The notes: generated from the letters alone by a model not told the origin. 64,000 bases of DNA from Amphiscolops sp. MND2022 (GCA_964187785.1 OZ076409.1:14696001-14760000), one strand, 5' to 3'. Numbered from the stretch's first letter, positions 1-10,780 are shown. Numbers and translations: made by a program.

Positions 1-560
1 CCGGACCACCAAATCATTGTCCCCGTCCTAGCAGAAAGGGACCTCGGGACAATCCAGGGCACAGTGGAAACCTTTCCTGCCTTTGAAAGGAAGACACAAT
101 TACTGGTGTCCCCCGCCCTAACGCAAATCACTGAGAAGAAAAGCCATGTCCAGATCACCAACCTCACCTGCCATACAATTACCCTCAACCCGAACACGAC
201 AGTGGCCACCTTCAAAATAATGACTCCCAATCAAGCAAAAAACCTACAACCAATGTCAAACGAACAATTGACACTAATAACCAAATACCCGGACGAAGCC
301 AACAACGTACTGAACCAGCTGTTCCAGGAACCCGGCACTGAAACCAACCGCAGATGGTACCCAACCCCGGAGACATGTGACGACCCGTCCAAGCTGAACC
401 GCATTGAAAGGCGGATATATGACGAAATCACTCAACTCCGTGAAAAGAGAAACTGGACCCAACAGCAGACGACCAACAGCGCAAGGAGTTCCTTGCTAAC
501 TTCAAATGGGAAAACTCAATCCTGAATGAACACGAACAACAACAAATTGAGAACCTCCTT
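1..560 (+). CDS. pol: Upstream part of the Gypsy polyprotein (PR-RT spacer), joined to pol by a 1-nt frameshift near 442-448
   Basis: ORF 64-525 reads ...IYDEITQLREK; the -1 frame then continues without stops as EKLDPTADDQQRKEFLANFKWENSILNEHEQQQIENLLVKYNNVF into ORF 561-4031. Confidence 0.75.
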
Positions 561-3500
561 GTGAAGTACAACAATGTATTCGCCAGACACCGCCTCGACA
601 TAGGCATCAATACTGACTTCAAAATCAAACTCACTCCGAAGCATGATGAACCAGTCTACGCGCAGAGCTTACCTACACCCACCAACCTCAAAGATGACTT
701 GCTCGTCGAACTAGCGTTGATGCAAGAGTACGGGATCATCACGACGTTACCGTACAGCAAGTATTCCTCACCAATATTTGCTCAGCGCAAACCCAATGGG
801 AAACTTCGCATTCTTGTAGACCTGCGCAGAATCAACCACCTCTTGAAAAATGATTACAACCAACATAATCATTTAGTCACCACCATCGCCGACGCCGCCC
901 AGCACATGGCAGGGAAGAAGTACTTCTGCAAGCTGGACTGCTCGCAGGCGTACCACTGTTTGCAGATGGCGGATGAACAATCCATACAACTCTTGGCATT
1001 TAATTTTGGAAGTCGAACCTTTGCTTATCTACGACTGGCACAAGGACTCAACCGATCCCTATCAGCATTCAACAGCACGGTGCGAGAATACGTTGATGCA
1101 CTGGTGAAAGCGGATAAATGTGCCCAATATGTCGACGACATTGGGATTGCTGCCCACACTGTAGATGAGCTACTGTCAAACATTGAAGCTGTGTTCCAAC
1201 AAATCCAAAAAGCAGGACTGAAATTGTCGATGTCAAAATGTGCGTTTGGCCACCCACAGATCAATTTCCTCGGGAGAAACATCACATCAAAGGGTGTCGC
1301 CCCACTTGAAGACAAGATCGACGACTTCCTCAAGAAGATCAAATTGCCCACAACAATCAAATCCCTCCAAAGGTACATCGGGTTTGTCCAGTTCTACAGG
1401 CAGTACATACCACGCCTAGCAGAACAACTCACCCCACTGTACAAACTACTCCAAAAAGACGCCAAATTCCAGTTGACCCAGCAGCACAAGGACTTCATCT
1501 TCGAGATCAACGAAAATCTTGCCAAAGCTGCGAAACTTTCGCTGCGTCTGCCGTTACCCGATAAACAGCTTGTTATAATGTGCGACGCCAGCGAGCATGC
1601 GGCAGGATATGTCCTCCTGATAGAGGACTATACCGAAACAAACGATGGACCACTGAAGACGTACGCCCCAGTATCATTTGGATCCCAACGATTCACGGAG
1701 GGCCAAATGTCCCTAACAATGTACGCAAAGGAATTCCTGGCGATGCATTTCGCATTCGACGAATTCGCACACATACTCTGGGGTGTCAAGAAACCAACAA
1801 TAGTAATGACGGACAATAAAGCACTGACCCGATTTTTTCAGTCTAAACGAATTCCCCCGAAGCTATGGAATTACTGCGATCAGACGCTCCAATTCGAATT
1901 CGTACTTGCCCACGTTCCGGGAACTGAGAACCCTGCTGCAGACTACCTGTCTCGTCTTGACATACGACCAGAAGAAAGAATACACCTCAAACTCAACGAC
2001 GAGATACCAGTCTTCCACGTCTTGATCGACCTGGCATCGAGAACACCCAAGCAGGACGAAGAAGAAGAAGAAGAATACATACCTGATGACCAACACACTA
2101 CCACCACCAAACAAAATGAAGCCATCAACGCCATCCTGGACCAGGTCCCCATGTGCAGCAACGAATCGAGTGGACAGTTTCTCGAGAGGATAGAAACCAT
2201 CCGTCATCAAATCACACCCATCATCACAGGGCAACATGACGAGATGACGTTCACCAGATTCAGACGAAAGCTTCATGACAACGTGGTAAACCAGGTATGC
2301 CCCAACGGGGAGTTTCAAATCATCCAGGATCAAGTCGTAAACCTTGACATCCAACGCATGATTAGAGTTTTGAACCAAAAGGAAACCCTTCCTAATCATG
2401 TGAACTTTGAAAGTCAGTTTTTCCAAAAACTAGTTAAAAACAAGAAAAGACTTGAAGTTGTGAACAACGTTTTATACAGGAATTTTTTTGATGGTACAGG
2501 TAAAATCAAGTGTAAACAAGTTGTCACTACCCCTGAAACCATTCGGAAAATCATTCAATCCCTGCACAATGACCCTCTGCAAGGTCACCCTGGCTGTAAC
2601 AAACTGCTCCATGAACTGCGTAAAAGGTACTACTCACCAAACCTCTCTGAACTGGTACTGCAATACGTCTCGAACTGCCAGGACTGCATCCGCTCAAAAC
2701 CAATCCGAAAAGCTGAAATCACACCACCACTTCAACAAATATACGACCCCTGCAACGGACCAGAAGACATACTAGAAATTGATTTAGTCGGTGAACTCCC
2801 ACCTTCCAACGGATTCACACACATCCTCACTGCATGCGACTACTTTTCGAGGTACCTCTTCGCAATACCAATCCGTAAACCAGACACAAAGTCGGTCGTG
2901 GAAGCACTCATGCAAATCTTTACGCAACACTCGTATGTACCCAAGACAATCTTAACTGATAAGGGAACGACATTCACATCTCAACTGCTCAACTCCCTGA
3001 TGGAGTCTGCCGGTATAAAAATCGAACATGCCTCTGTAAAACACGCACAAACGATTGGGATGGTTGAACGTTCCCATCAAAAACTGAAACAAATTCTCAA
3101 AATCAACAGCTCAGCTGATTCACCACAATGGCACAAATACGTCAACATGGCCGTAATGGCCCATAACACGACCTACCACCAGGCTATCCGATGCACACCC
3201 ACTGAAGTTTTCCACGGACGTGTTCCGTTCAATGCCCTTGACGTCAAATTTGGCCATCCATTAACCGAACAACGTAACACCACTGACGTCACTGGAATAC
3301 TAGATAACATGAACAAACAATTCCAACAAACACATGACAACATAATCGAAGCCTTTCACAAATACAAGAATTACTACGACCGAAAAGCGCAAGCTTCACC
3401 TCTGAAAGTAAATGATTTCACCTTTCTGCTAAACAAAAAACTGTCTCAGCAATCTGAAAAAATTCCATTCAAGGAATTCAAGTGGGAAGGCCCATACAAA

Positions 3501-4031
3501 GTGGTCAAAGTCTTGTCAAATTCAAATTACATCATACGTAAGATTGGCACTCTTCGCACCCAATGCGTTCACAGAATGAGGCTTCGCCCATTCACGCCAA
3601 ACGCACCAATCGAAGACATTCAAGACAATGCATCACAATATTTCGAAGATCCTGACGCTCTCAACGAACAGGAGTTATTTGACAATAACCTACCCGACCA
3701 TGTCCATGAACAGCCACAACAAGTAATACCTGAACAATCAAACTTCAATCATGGAATGATCTACTACGAACGGCAAAACATTGAATCTGATCAAAACATA
3801 TCCATACCTGAAAGCCAAGCTGAAACACAAGAACCACAACCGGATAATGCTAGCATGAACAATCCCGAACACCAAACAAATGATCGCCCTCCAGCGCCAT
3901 CACGACACACCATGTCTCGATACGGGCTCAGACACAACCCAAAACCTACCACGTACCCTGATTTCTTAATGCACGAATTACACGGTACGCCTTCACTGCA
4001 ACAGTTACTTCTGAAAAACAGAAACCTGTAA
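561..4031 (+). CDS. pol: Gypsy Pol: reverse transcriptase, RNase H, integrase with GPY/F module
   Basis: RT LRILVDLRRIN, KLDCSQAYH, QGL, YVDD; RNase H MCDAS, YAKEFLA, TDNKAL, ADYLSR; IN HHCC (H..QGHPG...CQDC), EIDLVG, TDKG, GMVER; WEGPYKV...VHRMRLRPF. Confidence 0.95.
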   Translation: MKYNNVFARHRLDIGINTDFKIKLTPKHDEPVYAQSLPTPTNLKDDLLVELALMQEYGIITTLPYSKYSSPIFAQRKPNGKLRILVDLRRINHLLKNDYNQHNHLVTTIADAAQHMAGKKYFCKLDCSQAYHCLQMADEQSIQLLAFNFGSRTFAYLRLAQGLNRSLSAFNSTVREYVDALVKADKCAQYVDDIGIAAHTVDELLSNIEAVFQQIQKAGLKLSMSKCAFGHPQINFLGRNITSKGVAPLEDKIDDFLKKIKLPTTIKSLQRYIGFVQFYRQYIPRLAEQLTPLYKLLQKDAKFQLTQQHKDFIFEINENLAKAAKLSLRLPLPDKQLVIMCDASEHAAGYVLLIEDYTETNDGPLKTYAPVSFGSQRFTEGQMSLTMYAKEFLAMHFAFDEFAHILWGVKKPTIVMTDNKALTRFFQSKRIPPKLWNYCDQTLQFEFVLAHVPGTENPAADYLSRLDIRPEERIHLKLNDEIPVFHVLIDLASRTPKQDEEEEEEYIPDDQHTTTTKQNEAINAILDQVPMCSNESSGQFLERIETIRHQITPIITGQHDEMTFTRFRRKLHDNVVNQVCPNGEFQIIQDQVVNLDIQRMIRVLNQKETLPNHVNFESQFFQKLVKNKKRLEVVNNVLYRNFFDGTGKIKCKQVVTTPETIRKIIQSLHNDPLQGHPGCNKLLHELRKRYYSPNLSELVLQYVSNCQDCIRSKPIRKAEITPPLQQIYDPCNGPEDILEIDLVGELPPSNGFTHILTACDYFSRYLFAIPIRKPDTKSVVEALMQIFTQHSYVPKTILTDKGTTFTSQLLNSLMESAGIKIEHASVKHAQTIGMVERSHQKLKQILKINSSADSPQWHKYVNMAVMAHNTTYHQAIRCTPTEVFHGRVPFNALDVKFGHPLTEQRNTTDVTGILDNMNKQFQQTHDNIIEAFHKYKNYYDRKAQASPLKVNDFTFLLNKKLSQQSEKIPFKEFKWEGPYKVVKVLSNSNYIIRKIGTLRTQCVHRMRLRPFTPNAPIEDIQDNASQYFEDPDALNEQELFDNNLPDHVHEQPQQVIPEQSNFNHGMIYYERQNIESDQNISIPESQAETQEPQPDNASMNNPEHQTNDRPPAPSRHTMSRYGLRHNPKPTTYPDFLMHELHGTPSLQQLLLKNRNL

Positions 4032-5855
4032 AACACCCATCCCTCATTGCATTTCTCAAACCAACGACTGCCAACAGTAGTCATAAACAGTCTCACTCCT
4101 TGACCGTAAAAGTAATTGTTTTACAATTACGCCCCTGTATACCAGTAATCAACAAGCAGTATTGAAAATTCCGGACAACCTAGTACACAATCCAATTAAT
4201 ACGATTAGATGACCATCCACTTCCGCCAACCCTGTTTGAACTGTCTAATTACTTAGCATCAACTACTACGTAAGAAGCAAACGAACGGTAAGGCCACGAC
4301 TGCAAACGCCAATCATCCCAACACTCGCGGCCCGGAAGCACACGTAGCGCGCAAAAGTGTGAACGATAATTTATTCAATTCGCACCAAAACTACCACATC
4401 AACAATCGAAACGAAACACTTCGCTTAGAAAACCGTCGAAACACAACTAACGAAACGTGAACGGAAACAACGTTCCCTACAAGCGCAAACAAACTAACAG
4501 TGGCGATCTGCTGCCTGGCAAACGTTAGGACAACACAACCAACATTCCACCCATTTCGACTTAAACCCATAGTGCTGGCTGTGTGGGTGCGTCGTCGAAA
4601 AGCGCGCTTGTGTGGTTGGTCGTCACCATACAGATGAAGGTTGCTCTTTAGCAACTGGATTCAGTGTTAGTTTTGTATAGGTGGTTCCGACGGGAATTCA
4701 CCTTTTCCAATGAACTGAACATCAAAAACAAAAATAAAAAAAACCAACCATAGACGATAACACAACGCCGGTAAGAACAAGAACTTACAAAATTCAGAAA
4801 ACAATGAATGCCCGACCCCTTAAAAGTAACCAGATATGCGAAGGCTTCGCCTCGCTTGGGAAAAGATTCAGGAGTACGCGGCCCCAACCTCTGCTTAGTA
4901 TTAAAATCCACACACACCCATAGTTCTCAGTCTAACAACTTCCTACCACCGAAGTTAACATAATGTAAGAACTCGCGATCTTGACGACACACATCACGTA
5001 TGATGACGTCCCAGGACACACATCAACGATGATGACGTCGCGTACACAGACCGCTACATGTAATATATTGAAACACACTAAAATACATGCAAAAATGTCC
5101 CTAAGACTTATAACATGAATATTACATGCACAAAAAAAAGTCATGCATCAAACCAAGGATACACTCCTTGAGCTCTCCTTCATCGAAAGGAACTAGCTAC
5201 TCAGTCACGTACCTTACAGTGCGGCGCTAAGGACTGGAAGGCCAAGGTCTGAATGTCTCGTTACCATTCTCGAGCCCTCACTAACAACTTACATGAAAAA
5301 CCTGGCTCTCGAGTACCATGCAGAGCACAGTTTGACGAGTGAACAATTGTTTATGTTAATGGTTACCGCAGTGACAACCATAACCAACATGAACTTCCTC
5401 AAAAAATTCTCTGTAGACGCCGTAACAATTAGAGCGTAAGTCCACTCGAAACCATAGCGAAGTATGGGTTACCACATACACACACTTAAGAAAGACAAAG
5501 CCAGTCCAGCATCATGCATAAACGTACATACAAACAACAAAAAAAAGCAAGCATAAGAGCAATGCAACTTTAGGTTTCACGTCCTACAAAAAAAATGGAG
5601 TTGTCACACGCAAAACAAGCGAAAAACCTCTTGTGACGTTCTAACTGTCCAGCAGTCCTAAGGAAAAACAAAGAAGAGTACTATGATGGTTGAAACCATC
5701 TATTTAAATTACTAGAAAGTGCAAGACCTACTCAGGCCAAAATAAAATGCAGCATACAAAGCAAATCACAATATCAAGACTCAATATATAAACAAAAAGC
5801 TGAGAACACAAAGAAATATGGAAAGTCTGATTACTAAAACAAGTCCTTCTGCCAA

Positions 5856-6824
5856 CTAATACTCTGTAGAACGGCTGGAACCGCCCTCGTTACTGCTTTT
5901 TTCTAGTGAAAAAGCCCGCCTGCTGGCTTGTACAGGTTCAGTCTCAAAGGTAGCCAGAATGCGTTTCCCTTTCTTGTCCGGCTTCCCACAGGGCCTCTGT
6001 CCGTGATTGCCCCCTGACGTCCTACTGACTGCTTTGCGCTTCGGAGCTGACTCACTCGGACCTGCCGATGTGACCACGACCTCGGATTGCAATTTCGGCG
6101 CTTGAGCTGCTGAACGCCTTGACTTGACAGGACTCCGACGGGGAGCAGTTGGACTCGATTCCATTGTCCGCAACTGATTACAAACAGCAGACACATAATC
6201 GTCAATGACAGGGCGAGTAGGTAGTCCGCCAGTCGTCTCCAGTACAGTGACACAGCGCCCAAGTGATTCGTCAACCCCCCTCTTAACCAATTGGTCCCAG
6301 GGGATAGCTCTGCCTTCATTGGTTAACCGCGAAACCTTCATGTCTGTAGTGCTGCAGTGTCTAACAAAACCAATCATCGAGCGTCGAGAATGCCCGCCGA
6401 AACCACTCGACATCCAGCTTCGAATAAGGTTCAAACTTGACAGCATGATACCGTCATCGAGGGCTGTGTCTCCTACATCCTGAAAATCAGCAGCATACGA
6501 ATCATGGAGCATTCCCACAAAAAGAATCTCCACAATGCCCCAGAATTCTTGGCACCGGTCCCACGAAGGATATGACAGCCACAAAGACATGGCATCGTCA
6601 ATAACTGGCACCACCGAAGCATTGGACTCCCATCGATGCTTGAAGTAGTTGACTACCTCGCGATACTGCTGTAAGATGATGGCACCTTGGTCTCCTCTGC
6701 ATAGATCTCCAAAGCTGAGGACAGAAAGCGTACCCACAAGGATGTCCGTCAGCCGATCCATTGACACCGACTGAATAGCATAAGGATCCAGCGGCAACAA
6801 GCTGAGGTGCTTAACCCACCCTTG
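5856..6824 (-). CDS. Antisense cargo gene exon 7, 3' part to the stop codon
   Basis: In frame with 7379-7689 once the MITE and one TSD copy are removed (IGDYD|QGWVKHL); ends in a basic, Ser-rich tail ...RSTEY*. Confidence 0.78.
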   Translation of the reverse strand, partial: QGWVKHLSLLPLDPYAIQSVSMDRLTDILVGTLSVLSFGDLCRGDQGAIILQQYREVVNYFKHRWESNASVVPVIDDAMSLWLSYPSWDRCQEFWGIVEILFVGMLHDSYAADFQDVGDTALDDGIMLSSLNLIRSWMSSGFGGHSRRSMIGFVRHCSTTDMKVSRLTNEGRAIPWDQLVKRGVDESLGRCVTVLETTGGLPTRPVIDDYVSAVCNQLRTMESSPTAPRRSPVKSRRSAAQAPKLQSEVVVTSAGPSESAPKRKAVSRTSGGNHGQRPCGKPDKKGKRILATFETEPVQASRRAFSLEKSSNEGGSSRSTEY

Positions 6825-6832
6825 GTCATAAT

Positions 6833-7378
6833 TAGGGGGAACCAAATGCTATAAATGCTATTAATGCTATAAATGCTATTTTCTCTTACATTTTGAACTT
6901 AATTGCTATTTTGTCTGTCGCCTGAAAACCAATATTATTTCACACGATAAATAAACATACACTTACTTACTACTTATTTTGTTGGACACCTTGAATGCAT
7001 AAAGCAAATAAATATAACACGCCTACTCATCTTTGTTGTATTTTAAGATCAACTATGCCTAAAATACCGCTTACTAAGCATGAGAAATCTTCAATTTATG
7101 CTCAAAAATATCCATCGGAATTCCGTGTTTTACCAAACGGAGAATTAATTTGTAAATTATGCGACAAGCCCGTTAACTCGGACAAAAATTGGCTTTGTTA
7201 ATTCATCTGAATAATTAACAATATGCATCCAAGTAATTGTTTTTTCAATAGTTTTTGGGCGAGTAAAATACAAAAAAATCAATTTTAAGTGCTATTTTTA
7301 GTGCTATTTTAAAGTTTTTTGAGTGCTATTTAATAGCGCTATAAAAACGTTTGTTAGTGCTATTGTTGGTCCCCCCTA
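6833..7378 (+). mobile_element. Non-autonomous hAT element (deletion derivative) retaining a transposase N-terminal stub
   Basis: TIRs TAGGGGGAACCAA / TTGGTCCCCCCTA; 8-bp TSD GTCATAAT (6825-6832, 7379-7386); subterminal TGCTAT repeats; stub MPKIPLTKHEK...ELICKLCDKPV. Confidence 0.92.
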
Positions 7379-7689
7379 GTCATAATCGCCAATACAAGAC
7401 TCGCACACAGTCCTGAGGAAATTCTCCACTTCTTTATAAAAGAAAGGCTTCTGGCTGACCACGTCGAAGCGGAAATACTGGCCGAACAGCACTTGAAATC
7501 GGGCCTTGTCAACAGGCTTACTTTCGCCCAGTCGCAACTTCAACACGGCGAGGACTTCAAAATCAGGTGGTAACGATGAGGGTTCGACGACCAGACACAA
7601 TAACTCTCGAAGGAAAGCAGCCAACTCCCGCTCGAACCACAAGTTCCGATCTCGCCCAGCAGAACACAAGCGAGGACACTTTGCAACAA
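7379..7689 (-). CDS. Antisense cargo gene exon 7, 5' part (interrupted by the hAT MITE)
   Basis: Acceptor GTGTTTCAG|, phase 1; reads VVAKCPRLC...CESCIGDYD up to the MITE TSD. Confidence 0.75.
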
Positions 7690-7837
7690 CTGAAACACAC
7701 AGGCGAATCACAAACAAAATGTCGAAAAACTACACACCCTAACAACTCAGACGTAGATAACACCCAAATCAACAATTACAACAAAACTAGTACCGACACA
7801 CCCGTACACAAGAAACACTCAAAACTCTTATACTGAC

Positions 7838-8048
7838 CTGTCTCTGCCAGAAATTTCAAAACTGCAAATCGCGGCCTCGACAAAGCATCGCTGAAGACTT
7901 GAGTCTCCATACTGGCTATACTCCGCGTTTCGGACACAGTATTTGACCGGTGAACACCGAAGTAGGCACCGAGGTCGTCCCATCGCTCCACAAGTTCGGT
8001 GCACAGTGCCGACAACTCCTGGAAGCGCGCAGCACCACCACGGACGAA
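7838..8048 (-). CDS. Antisense cargo gene exon 6 (hAT RW-helix-like segment)
   Basis: Acceptor TTGTTTTAG|TTC, donor G|GTCAGT; RFQELSALCTELVERWDDLGAYF. Confidence 0.78.
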
Positions 8049-8167
8049 CTAAAACAAAATTAGCACCGGGTTAGAACAAAGCAGACCACGACCACACATT
8101 ACCACACATACTCACACCAGTCCCCGAAAAAAGAAAAAAATGCGCTAACAAACTTAAAATCAATTAC

Positions 8168-8656
8168 CTCTCGAAGCCTTGGCATATTGTCAAACGACGA
8201 ACCACCGATGACGGCGGCTAAGCGGAACCGGAAATACTCCAACACGCAGAAAGGTTCCAGTCCACTCAACTCTCGCAGAAACGTGCGCCGCAGCAAATCC
8301 TTCAGCCAGTCCACATCGAGACGACGAGTAACCAAAGGTATGGCTGGGTGCGCGATGCTAGCTAACGCACGCCCAAGACGCAGATTCTCTCCCACACTCA
8401 CAGCACACAGACCCGCATGAGACTCCACACAGGCCAGAACAGAGACAACGATCTTGAGTAGTGAGGGTTCCCACTCACCACCCCCAGGAATAGCAGCTAG
8501 CACAACCATCTTGACTGTCAGAGCGTCAAAAATGTGGCAATCCACCCGCTTCAACGAACCATCAGTGCGGACGTGCAGACCAAACCGCGCCCCAGCAGAG
8601 AGTAGATCGCTCAGTTTCTCCATAACAAATGGATACAGGCCGTACAACACAAGACT
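8168..8656 (-). CDS. Antisense cargo gene exon 5
   Basis: Acceptor TTGTTGTAG|AGT, donor GAG|GTAATT, phase 0/0; same frame as ORF 8099-8650. Confidence 0.78.
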
Positions 8657-8788
8657 CTACAACAAACATACAACAGTGACACTTCTCAGCAAGTACTGCA
8701 AACGAAAACAGTAAGCAACTACAAACACGAACTAGCAGACAAGAACCAATATTCACGAACAAAAAAAGATGAACAAAACATGTATTAC

Positions 8789-9351
8789 TTGACATTTCGG
8801 GTATGATAGCACCCTCTCACTGAAAACCAGCTCGCCCCGCATGCTACTGGACCACACTTCCATGGACCGCATAACGCTTGAAAAGTCCCTCAGTTCAACA
8901 AAGTTATTGATGAAGCAGCATAGCCAGAGGTATGAAGCACTGGACTCCGACAACTCGGGTTTCGAACCAGCTGCCTCCTCTTCTAATTCAACCGCAATCC
9001 GCTCTTCAACAGTCAGCTTCACCTCTGACTCCAGAATGACAGGTGGCTCTGACACTCTGGCTGCCCGAATTCTCCGATCCTCGTCCAATGACACGGGCCT
9101 ACAGGACTTGTCCAATAGAGGCCTATTGGACATGATGCGGAAGCGCTGCTCAAGACGAGTGTGCTCTCGCCCTTTCCAATGATCCCACAAGTTGTGTAGC
9201 CCACGTCCGGCAATGCTTAAATCAACGCGGCACAGACGACACCTTGCGAACCCGTCCAACACACGTTTGTTTCGGGGGAAACCAACGAAGGTCCCCACGA
9301 CCCCAGAAACGAAGAATGAGGGTTTCAACGTTTTGATAGCACGCTTCCGTC
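8789..9351 (-). CDS. Antisense cargo gene exon 4, BED-like C2H2 zinc finger
   Basis: Acceptor GTGTTAGCAG|, donor CAA|GTAATA; ARCRLCRVDLSIAGRGLHNLWDHWKGREH. Confidence 0.78.
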
Positions 9352-9511
9352 CTGCTAACACACAACACAAATCACATAGCACCACTGTCCAGCCAAAAAC
9401 TTCCAAAAAAAACGTGTTTGTTCTTAATCAGTAGTAGTACGTTATATACATCTCTTATTTCTTTACCACCTAAAACTAAAACCCCTCACGTGATCTTTTG
9501 AGAGTTCTTAC

Positions 9512-9880
9512 CAGGCTTTGATGTGGAGGCAACAGCAGACGAAGTCCCCCCAGAAGGAACGCCGCTTTTTTCTCCAAACTCAGACGGCACATCAGATTCC
9601 ACTGCCGCACGACGATCGTCCACACTAGAGATGCTCCCAGCTACGGAGCGTGGTAGAGAAGAAGTCTCACCACCACGGGGAACGACAGGAGCTTGACCCA
9701 GTTCTCGCAACGCTTCCTTCAATTTGTCCAGGAATTCCTCGACAGCGAGAGCACCCACTGTCCCTAGCCGGCCCAAACTAGACTCGATTGCAGCCTTCAC
9801 CCACTGCTGAATTTCCCGTTCCACACGATGAAACAATTCAGTGAATTGCCCCACAATGACATCAGCTCGAACGTTGGCAT
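9512..9880 (-). CDS. Antisense cargo gene exon 3 (helical segment plus Ser/Gly-rich linker)
   Basis: Acceptor TACTTTGCAG|, donor G|GTAAGA; same frame as ORF 9486-9854. Confidence 0.7.
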
Positions 9881-10059
9881 CTGCAAAGTAACCCTTAGTT
9901 CACAGCACCTACTTTGGACTCAACGACTGAAGGCATCTATCACCGCCTGGTTATAGAACAGCAACCGTATACTGCATGCATTGGTATCGAACAACAAAAG
10001 AACCAAAAGACCCCCCCCAGCAGATAACCTAGCTTCACAGTAACCGTGAATTCACCTAC

Positions 10060-10281
10060 CAAGTTGCGATGTCAGAAAGGCATCCAGTCGACGAAGGATG
10101 GTCGCCGCCTCCGTCTCAGAACCCTCAGCAGTCCCAGCGACTATCGAAGCACGAAAGCGACGTAAATAACTGACCACGTCGGACATGTTGACATCAGCTA
10201 CAAACACGAGAACGCCCTAATTAAAATGCTACGCCTGACACTCCCTAACATTACGGGACTCAAACTTGAAAGTATGCAAAC
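10060..10281 (-). CDS. Antisense cargo gene exon 2 (two in-frame TAG codons in this copy)
   Basis: Acceptor TTCTTTCAG|, donor G|GTAGGT; reads GLHTFKFESRNVRECQA*HFN*GVLVFVADVNMSDVVSYLRRFRASI...AFLTSQL; phase 1 at both ends. Confidence 0.5.
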
Positions 10282-10359
10282 CTGAAAGAAAGTCTAAACT
10301 CTCCCTTACGCTTTAGACATACCACTGATAGTAGTACAATATACGAAGTGAGCACTTAC

Positions 10360-10780
10360 CAAATTCCTGGGAGAGAACGACATCCAATAAATCGCCTGAA
10401 CCAGCGACATTAGCAGAAGATACACGAGCCGCAAACTGACAGCAGTAACTAGTCTCCAGCAAAAATCCTGATAACTCCAGATAGCCTCCACTTCCACCTA
10501 GCTGAGCCCCCTCTCCGGCCATCTGATTCTCCACTTCAGCGACTAACTCAGCTAATCCGGGACCAAAGGACTGACCTGCCTCATCATCAGACATATTGGA
10601 TAACGCTGGGAGCAAAGGAAAAAACTGATACTCTTCGGGGAAATAATAATCGGCGACGAAGACACGACTGCAAAAGCTCATTCTTCCATTTATTGTTGTT
10701 ATAGACTGATCACCTATTCCAATATACAATGGATACCTGACCTCCTTATCAAACAGTTTTACTCGAGTAAAACTGGACAT
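10360..10780 (-). CDS. Antisense cargo gene of the Gypsy element, exon 1 (MSSFTRVKLF...VVLSQEF)
   Basis: ATG at 10780; donor G|GTAAGT at 10359, phase 1. Confidence 0.6.
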
